Below are positions 55,235-64,000 of a stretch of 64,000 bases of DNA, one piece after another (the first letter of the stretch is position 1; each line of letters opens with the position of its first letter). A program made the translations under genes and the position numbers. This DNA comes from Eledone cirrhosa (Eukaryota). The stretch lies in assembly GCA_964016885.1 (NCBI GenBank), contig OZ024744.1, positions 76,508,001-76,572,000 on the forward strand. The letters run 5' to 3'. The notes under the pieces are model-generated. The model worked only from the letters and a program-made list of their open reading frames with translations. It had not been told where the DNA came from and searched no databases.

Positions 55235-55562
55235 AATAGATGAAAGGGAAATTGTCCCCGGCAGGATTTGAACCCAGAGAGTCGGAATGAATACTGCAAA
55301 GGATTCTATCCGATGGTCTAACAACTCTGCCAATTCGCCGCCTGTTTCTAGAATATCTCATCTCTATATAAGGGCGGTGGATTGGCAGTATAGTTAGAGG
55401 GTCGGACGCCATCCTTTGCAGCAAAGAGTTACGCCCTTTTATGGTCTGAGTTCAAATCCCGCCGAGGTTAACTTTGCCTTTCATCCTTACGGGGTAGATA
55501 AAATAAAGTACCAGTAATACACTGTGATAATTGCTGGCCTTGTGCCAAAAGTAGAAACAATT
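55235..55562. mobile_element. Head-to-head SINEs (55235-55342 minus, 55372-55562 plus)
   Basis: 14293 family and a diverged relative. Confidence 0.8.
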
Positions 55563-55689
55563 ATCTCTACATATAAAAGATGTTCTTGATTTGAATACTT
55601 TTGACACTTATGCACGTTTAGCTGGCCTCCTCCAAGGTATATCTCATTGGAGGTATTTTGGGTGATTTAATGATAAGGACCACAGTCCT

Positions 55690-55830
55690 ATCATCTCATT
55701 TCTACAGCTGAGTAAAATGGAGCAATGTGAAATAAAGTGTCTTGCTCAAGGAAACAACACAGCTCTGAGAATTGAACTCACAACCTTTCGATTGCAAGGC
55801 CAATGCTCTAACCACTAAGCCATGTGCCTT
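55690..55830 (-). mobile_element. tRNA-derived CORE-like SINE
   Basis: Reverse complement of 5195-5345. Confidence 0.8.
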
Positions 55831-56896
55831 TACTCATACATATAAATATATGCATATACACACGCATATACACACGCAATATATATATACACATACACAA
55901 ACCACATGCATATACACATATATACGCGTCAACGGGTTGAAAAAAAAATCCTCCTCGTATATTTGTGATAAAGCTGTCTATAGAAAATATACACTTTTAC
56001 ATGTTTACATGTTTGACAAATTCTCGGAACAAATTTCTGAGAATATTACATGCAATATTTCCTCTCAATGTATCTTTCAACAACAAACTATATCTTTTTT
56101 TTTTTTTTTTACAAACATTTCCGTTTATTTTTATATTCAGTAATTTAATTTAATTCAATTCAATTCAATTCATTTTTTTTCCTTTTTCTTTAAGAAATGT
56201 TCTACTTAATAGACTGGCTTTAATTTAAATATACAAAGACAGTAACCTAAGATATTGACCATATTTCTGTCGTAATAACATATTACCGTGAGAAAAAAAG
56301 ACAGAAATTAAATTACTGATTTCTAAATATTTTATTATATTTTATTATATTTATTATATTTATTTATTATATTTTATTATATTTGTTATATTTATTATTA
56401 TTAATTTTATTATATTTATTTACTATTATTTATTATATATATTTATTATTCTTTATTTTATTATATTTATTATTTATTTATTTCATTTTATTTATGTATT
56501 TATTTTATTTTATTTCTATTTATTTATTTATTTTATTTTTATTTTATTTATTTATTTAATTAATTATTTATTTAAATCTATTTTTATTTATTTGCTAGAA
56601 GCGTATTATTCAGTGCATATTTAAAACAAATGTTTTAATTAGTTGTTTGCGTGTATGTGTGTATGTGTTTGTGTGTGTGGCTGTGTCTCTCTGTGAGTGT
56701 GTGTATGTGGCGGTGTTTTTTTTTTACAATTATAAACTCCTTATCTAACGTGTCAATGAAGGAGCCTCTACATGATCACATGACTTGTTGAAAATAACAG
56801 CTAAATCCACATCAAATCACACTAGAGGTTTTCTTTAAAAAAAATTAAATAGGAGGAAGTACTTACATATTTGATCATGTAATCATAGACAATATA

Positions 56897-56992
<96 letters not shown>

Positions 56993-57020
56993 ACTTTTAT
57001 TATCATTATTATTATTTCTA

Positions 57021-57435
57021 TGGGCGGTGGATTGGCAGTATCGGTAGAGGGTCGGACGCCATGCTTTCCAGCATAGTTACGTCCCTTTACGATCTGAGTT
57101 CAAATCCCGCCGAGGTTGACTTTGCCTTTCATCCTTACGGGGTCGATAAAATAAAGTACCAGTAATGCACTGGATAATTGCTGGCCTTGTGCCTAAAGTA
57201 GAAACAATTATTATTATTTCTAATTTTGAGCACAAAGCCAACAATTTGAGAGGGGAGATAAGTCGTTTACATTATCCCCAGTACTTTACTAGTACTTCAT
57301 TTAATCGATCTCCCCTCTCCCCGAAAGGGTGAAATACAAAGTTGATCTCCGTATGATTTGAACTCAGAAATTAAAGGGCTAGAACTAAATACCATAAGGC
57401 ATTTTGTCCGGTGCTCTAGCGGTTCTGATAATCCA
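57021..57435. mobile_element. SINE (57021-57210 plus) and a diverged SINE (57215-57435 minus)
   Basis: 14293 family with (ATT)n tail. Confidence 0.8.
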
Positions 57436-57629
57436 CCATACACGTTACACACACACACACACATATATATACACACACACGCACATATATGTACATATAC
57501 TATATCCATGTAATCTCTCAAAAAAAGCCTCCAACAGAAACAGCAAGCAACACGATTATCATTCATATTTGCATTCCCAGAGTTTAGAATGAAAAATGTT
57601 GTCGCTGTGGTGTGGTGGGGAGGATAGAG

Positions 57630-57689
<60 letters not shown>

Positions 57690-58238
57690 CAATAGAAACA
57701 CAAACCCTCCATCTTAATTTTATTTTTGAAAATCATAAGAACTGTGAAACCGGTAAATATTCTTGAAAGACTGCAGTTGCATTTTCAATTTCTTTTCCTT
57801 ATACTTTTACCCATGTGGGACATTTTGAAAAACCTTACTTTCTTATATATATTTTTTTTCTCCTTTTTTCTCCCCTTTTTCCCTTCTCTCTTTCTTCCTC
57901 TCTCCTCGCCATTTCCCCACCCCCTCTGTTCTTCTTCCTCTTTTTCCTCTTTTTCCTCTTTTTCCTCTTTTTCCTCTTTTTCCTCTTTTTCCTTCCTTTT
58001 TCTCTCCTTTCTCTCTTCTTTTCCTCCTGGCCTTTTGATTAATAAAAGGCCTTGGGCGCTCCCAATCGCTACAGATGTCCTGTAATTTAGCGCCGAAACA
58101 TCTAGATCACGGACTTTTACAGCTGACGAAGGATTCTTTCCCTTTCTTCTTTTCTCCTCTTGTTCCGTCCTACCCACCATCCTAAACTCCACAGCTCCTT
58201 TCGTTTCGTATCATTTTTTTATATATATATATATATAT

Positions 58239-60844
58239 AGGAACAAGTATGACCCCGACGGCAGAGCTCAAGCTGTTTCGACGGCTAATTCTGGACTAAA
58301 TAAGAAATTTTAGCCTGGTAAATAAATAGCCGAACTTCTCAGGGGGTAATTCCTTATATGGAAAGATAGTAATTGTCAAAAGAATTGGTCAAAAGTTCGT
58401 TGTAAAGACAGATGATTCTATCATGGCATTTAGTGGGGGGGTAGGGGTCGCTGAACTTGCCGGTAGAACAAAGAGGGAGTGGGGGAAACCCAGCCAAGCG
58501 TTGAAAGTGAAATCTATACAGCAGATTCTAAGGATAGTGTATAGAAGGTAAAAAAAAGTGTACTGGAGAAGGGGAGGGGGAGTTGAAAGAATATGTAAAT
58601 CGAACGGGAGTAAACAAAAAAAAAACATTATAAAAATGAGGAAATAAATATATTAAAAAAAACAATTTCTGGTTACTACTGCATCCCCAAAATCACCAAA
58701 TCTCTCGTTGGTATTGCTAAGCTATAGAAAAGTTTAATAGGTGGAGAAAAATACAAAATACGAGATTGTAGTGAAAGAATTTTATAAAGCCGGCTTTACA
58801 GGGGGGGTCTAACACCATTGCTATAGTTAATAGTAATCAGCCAATGCTATCTTACAATGACAGCTTAATAAGTTGAGAACAAACATACTAAAATACTACT
58901 ACAAAAAATACGAATACGAAATATTAATTCAGAATACTAATACATAAATACTAATACAAGAATACTAATACAAAAATACGACTAAGAAATTTAAAAATCA
59001 CGGAAATGGAGCAGCAACCAGAAAGAAAACAATTTACTGGGGTCTAACAAACTGCTATAAAAAACGTAATCGGCCAATTCTATCTTAAAATTAGGGTGGG
59101 ATGGGGGTACTGAGGCTACAGAGGACCGATGGGCTGCATCGAGGTGGGCGAAAAGGTGAAAAAAAGACAAGGAAAGAGATCTCGGGTGGAAGGACTAGGA
59201 AGAGATGGGGGAAGAAGGAAATATAGCGGAAAAGATAAAAAAAAAGTTACGTCTACCATTGTAAGCAGGGGTTACCCCTTACAAAATCGGCAAGTGGGGT
59301 GTTTCAGCCCTTGCTTAACTCCCCCCCCCCCCTCCGGGTCATTATTGGGTTTGAGGGCGAGGTAAGTCCTACGCAATCTGGGTTTGCATGCAGTTACCAG
59401 TTCGTCTTTCTTGTTTTGGAGTTGGTCCTTCGAAAACAGCATTTGTAATGTTTCCTCCGAGCATAAGTTACACGGACGGCGTCCTCCTGTGTAAGAGTTA
59501 GCTCTGGACAGTAAGCTCCAAGTGAGATTGTAGGTTATATTATTATCTTTGAGGTCCCAGATGTGGCCCGAAAGTGTAGTGGCATAACGCCGGGTCGGGT
59601 TTCGGAAAGTATGTCTGTCTAGGTAGAGCCGGGTCTTGAAGTCACACGCGGTTAATCCTATATAAGCTTAGTTGGAGGTGTCCGTCCTCACGTTGCACTG
59701 GTAGATCACATTACGATCTCGGCATCTGTTGTTGAGGGGGCAAAGTGATATATCAGGGCAGTTACACTTCCTGGTCGGCTCTCCACTGCTGTCTAGGTTA
59801 TTTCTTCCATAGAGGTTGAGTTTTTTTGTTGTTTGAGGAGACGATGTTTTGTGCGAACTTAGGTGTGGTGCTGTAGGAGAGTTTGGTGGTGTTTTTGTTG
59901 ATTATGTTGTGGTAGAAGTGTTGTAGTGGGAAGTGTTTTTCGATGAGCCTAAAGAAGATTTTCCCGATAAGTGTTGTCACCTCAGCATTGTGGGGAGGAT
60001 TGAACCACGTTACGTTGCGTGAGCGGCGGTGTCGCCTGCTGGTTCCGCTAATGGAAGCTGGATAATAGGATATTTCCTCCCCGAAGACACTCCGCTTGAG
60101 GGCCTAGTTGTAATAAGGCGCATGTTCGTCGAATATCTGCTCATCAGCGGACAAACGAGATATGCGGAGGGAGATGTTTTTAACCAGGTTATTGGTGATG
60201 TTTCTAGGATGGTGCGACCGGCGGTGGATGTAATGCAGGTTGTCGTTTGGTTTCCTGTATGGGTAGTACATATCATTATCGAGGTTAAGGGTAACGTCCA
60301 GGAAGTTTACTCGGGTAAAGGGCGTTTGTAGGGTTATTTTAAATCCCCAGTCGCGGAAGAAACTGATTAATTGTTTACGGACCCGGTCTGTACTACTGGG
60401 GTTGTACCCTTTGAGGGTAAGGAGCCCATCATCACGGTACAATCCACTGCCGAATGCAGAAAACTTTTCGGTGAGTTTAAAGTAGGAATACTCCTATAAG
60501 ATCTGTGACCTCAGCCGAATCCGTCGCGCCCATACTGACGTCGAAGGGGGAGTCAGGAACTCTCTTTATCCATTTGGAGTTGTCGAAAAGTATGACTGTC
60601 TTCCTGGCGTGGAGGATGATGTCTCTTTCCTGGTCGGTGATGGGCGTGAGTGTTTCGGCAAAGTCCAAGGCGGCCGTAAGGAGCGGTAAGGTAATTAATG
60701 CATAGTAACTCTCTATGTCAAACTGGATGAATTTTGTGTCTCGTTTGTCCTCCATATTGCTGACCCATGAGATTACTTCCTGGGTATTGACCCGTAGGCT
60801 AGGTCTCGCGTTTTGCTTAACTTTTGGTATAACGCGGTCATACA
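58239..60844 (-). mobile_element. 5'-truncated Penelope-like element (RT + GIY-YIG + ~1.1-kb 3'UTR + HHR), source family of the family A cassettes
   Basis: FIQFDIESYY, FDVSMGATDSAE, LYRDDGL, VNFLDVTL, YIHRRSHHP, WFNPP, CNCP..CPL..C, VIYQC..YIGLT..FKTR, CNLC.EE. Inverted pLTR tail at 60845-60932. Confidence 0.93.
58252..58347 (-). ncRNA. Type I hammerhead ribozyme, family A, one core substitution
   Basis: acccc-CTGAGAA-gttcggcta...tagccgtc-GAAA-CAGC-TTGAGCTCT-GCCG-T-C-ggggt. Confidence 0.7.
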
Positions 60845-60953
60845 TGTTCCTATTACCCACTCTACTACCCTAAGTATTGACTAATTTGGTGCGCTATGGT
60901 CCATCTGGTTCCTTACCACATTTCCTTCGTTATATATATATATATATATATAT

Positions 60954-61142
60954 AGGAAAAAGTCAGGACTTCGACGGCTGAGCTCCGGCCGTTTCGACAG
61001 CTAGACCCGTTCGGAACTAGCTGTCGAAATGGCCAGAGCTCAGCCGCCGGGATCCTTACTCTTTTCTTATTACCCACACTACTATCCTAAGTATTGAGTA
61101 CTCTGGTGCGTTATGGTCCACCTGGTATCTTACTACATCCTC

Positions 61143-61148
<6 letters not shown>
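60954..61148. mobile_element. Family A pLTR fold-back cassette
   Basis: Inverted repeat centred on cgacagctag-loop-ctagctgtcg plus tail, between (TA)n tracts. Confidence 0.8.
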
Positions 61149-61180
<32 letters not shown>

Positions 61181-61189
<9 letters not shown>

Positions 61190-62150
61190 TAAACGGAATA
61201 GAAAATGCTGACAAATTGTTCACAGTTGAAAAATGGTTTAATTAGGAATAAAAGAGTATTAGTGATTGTATGGGTTAGTATTCAGTTGTGGTTTTAAGTT
61301 TTTAAGTTTTTACCGGTTGCGCATTTCTAAATGCTTTTCAAAAATAATTTTGAGATAGAGTGTCCGTGCTGTTTGTTCTGATCTGATTAGTTTTGGGAAT
61401 TCTACCTGTTTTTATGTTAAAAAAATGGCTCCAGCGTTATTTTTGTGTTGTAAAAATGCTTGTGGTCAAAACAATTTTGATTGGTCGGTAGAGGTCATGT
61501 GAATGTAAAAAGTTGATTTTGCGCCAAGACTGTTTTTATGTTAAAATGTTAGAAAAGTGGCTCCAGCAAAAATTATGGTCAAAACAATTTTGATTGGTCG
61601 GTAGAGGTCATGTGGATAAAAAATTGGTTTTGCGCCAAGATTGAGAAATGACTCTTTCACAACATTTGTTGTGAAAGAGTCATTTCTCAATCTTGGCGCA
61701 AAACCAATTTTTTATCCACATGACCTCTACCGACCAATCAAAATTGTTTTGACCATAATTTTTGCTGGAGCCACTTTTCTAACATTTTAACATAAAAACA
61801 GTCTTGGCGCAAAATCAACTTTTTACATTCACATGACCTCTACCGACCAATCAAAATTGTTTTGACCACAAGCATTTTTACAACACAAAAATAACGCTGG
61901 AGCCATTTTTTTAACATAAAAACAGGTAGAATTCCCAAAACTAATCAGATCAGAACAAACAGCACGGACACTCTATCTCAAAATTATTTTTGAAAAGCAT
62001 TTAGAAATGCGCAACCGGTAAAAACTTAAAAACTTAAAACCACAACTGAATACTAACCCATACAATCACTAATACTCTTTTATTCCTAATTAAACCATTT
62101 TTCAACTGTGAACAATTTGTCAGCATTTTCTATTCCGTTTACCAATATAT
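61181..62150. repeat. ~970-bp palindrome (about 484-bp arms, 2-nt spacer)
   Basis: Centre actctttcacaaca-tt-tgttgtgaaagagt. Arms match to ttggtaaacggaatag/ctattccgtttaccaa. Confidence 0.93.
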
Positions 62151-62180
62151 AATAACTTGTGTGTTACACCTCTATTCTTT

Positions 62181-62274
<94 letters not shown>

Positions 62275-62276
<2 letters not shown>

Positions 62277-62435
62277 TTTATCTTGGAGTAATAATATTGA
62301 AAAAGTGAAGAATAACATGGTCAACTGTACAAAAAAGGGTTTTATTTACAGTATGACAATTGTTTCACTGATTAATTGTCAGACTGTAAATAAAACCCTT
62401 TTTTATACTGTTGACCATGTTATTCTTCACTTTTT

Positions 62436-62440
<5 letters not shown>
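62275..62440. mobile_element. Fold-back cassette with an HHR 3' half
   Basis: ~60-bp arms. Minus strand GAAA-C-AATT-G-T-C at the apex. Sits in (TA)n. Confidence 0.65.
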
Positions 62441-62481
<41 letters not shown>

Positions 62482-62484
<3 letters not shown>

Positions 62485-62941
62485 AAAGAGGATGTAGTAA
62501 GATACCAGGTGGACCATAACGCACCAGAGTACTCAATACTTAGGATAGTAGTGTGGGTAATAAGAAAAGAGTCAGGACCCCGGCGGCTGAGCTCTGGCCA
62601 TTTCGACAGCTAGTTCTGAACGGATCTAGCTGTCGAAACGGCCGGAGCTCAGCCGTCGAGGTCCTGACTTTTTCCTATATATATATATATATATATAACG
62701 AAGGTAATGTGGTAAGGAACCAGATGGCCCATAATGCACCAAAGTGATCAATACTTAGTGTAGTAGAGTGGGTAATAGGAACATGTATGACCGCGTTATA
62801 CCAAAAGTTAAGCAAAACACGAGACCTAGCCTATGGGACGTAATCTCATGGTTCAGCAATATGGAGGACAAACGAGACACAAAATTCATCCAGTTTGACA
62901 TAGAGAGTTACTATGCATCAATTAACTTACCACTCCTTACG
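62482..62941 (+). repeat. Inverted, diverged duplicate of 60675-61148
   Basis: Mirrored ORF start MGNRNMYDRVIPKVKQN, scattered substitutions and a small deletion. Confidence 0.9.
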
Positions 62942-62996
62942 TATATATATACAATGAAATTAAATAAATGGAATCCATATTTATAAAACCATATTT

Positions 62997-63056
62997 ATTC
63001 TATTATATATATTTCAATGGTACCAAAAACTTTGGTACGCTTTCATCAGATAAAAT
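62997..63056 (-). ncRNA. Minimal type I hammerhead ribozyme
   Basis: attttat-CTGATGA-aagc-gtaccaaa(gtt)tttggtac-catt-GAAA-T-ATAT-A-T-A-atagaat. Confidence 0.72.
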
Positions 63057-63935
63057 CAGATAAAATACAAAATGTGTTTTATAAATTTTGACATAGCCAA
63101 GGAACATACCTTATCAGTTCAATATTCCTTGGATAGTGAATTTAAAGAACGGATTTTTCAAAATTGTTAGGATCAGTATGCAAATGAATATTTAAATGAG
63201 GTTGAGGTATATCATTGAAAAACCGTTATTTTAAACGCTATGGAAAATTTAGATATAAGTTTACATTAGTAAGAGAGAAAGAAAGAAAAAGAAAAAGGAA
63301 AAAGAAAAAGAAGACCACTTATATACGTTAATATTGGGATAAAAATTTGAATATTTATCTATATTATGTATATAGTTATATGGAGAATTATGTTTGTAAG
63401 TATTTATCTTTTTACAATATTGTAGTGGGTTAAATATATAAATATCTATATATATTTTAATAATAGCATATGTATTATTATTAAAGAGATATAGATAAGT
63501 TGCAATTATTAGTTGTTTATAATATGAGTTACGAGGGAAGTTGATTTTGTATTTTATGTAAATAAAAAGTAGTTAAAATTATGAATTTATATATTTGAAT
63601 ATCTTGTTCGGCTTTGAGGATGTTTTAATTTAATTTAATATTACGTATATAATAATATAATAAGTTTATTCCATTTATTTAATTTCATTGAATATTTACT
63701 CCAGAAATTCTGTCGAGTGCTCTGAATCAGTTATAAACATTTATATTTGTTGAATTTCCAACAAATTAAGTATATATATATGTATAAGTGTATATATATA
63801 TTATTAGAAATGTTAGCTATCGCCGTATTTTGACTAAAGAAATTAAAGAAATTATTTAGCCTGATAGTGGGGTTAAGAACCCTCGGAGAAATGGAAAAAG
63901 ATGAGTATTTACGTACATGTACGTCAATATATATA

Positions 63936-64000
63936 TAGGAACGAGCAGGGATCCTATTCGTTCCTATTACCCTCTCTACTACCCTAAGTATTGAGTACTT
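63936..64000 (+). mobile_element. Family A pLTR mini-hairpin plus tail (runs off the window)
   Basis: aggaacga..tcgttcctattaccctctctactaccctaagtattgagtac. Confidence 0.7.

Overview
AT-rich, microsatellite-dense eukaryotic DNA with one 200-N gap (7936-8135) and no confidently identifiable host gene. The SINE/LINE repertoire looks like an octopus/cephalopod genome (inference). Nearly all complex sequence is transposon-derived: a near full-length decayed Tx1/L1-type LINE with two tandem 3' fragments, an R4/Dong-type RLE LINE interrupted by a Helitron and by an inverted RTE insert, RTE and CRE-like fragments, nested hAT MITEs with a 31-bp minisatellite, a mariner-like MITE, many tRNA-derived SINEs, and three Penelope-like elements (two with RT + GIY-YIG, one reduced to its C-terminal tip). 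The most striking signal is a set of about ten sequence-distinct type I hammerhead ribozyme (HHR) motifs that I folded by eye. Most sit in fold-back cassettes, many asymmetric, inserted in (TA)n tracts, and one family links directly to a Penelope-like element in the window. Most ORFs in the supplied track are microsatellite artefacts. All calls come from reading the sequence, with no database search.
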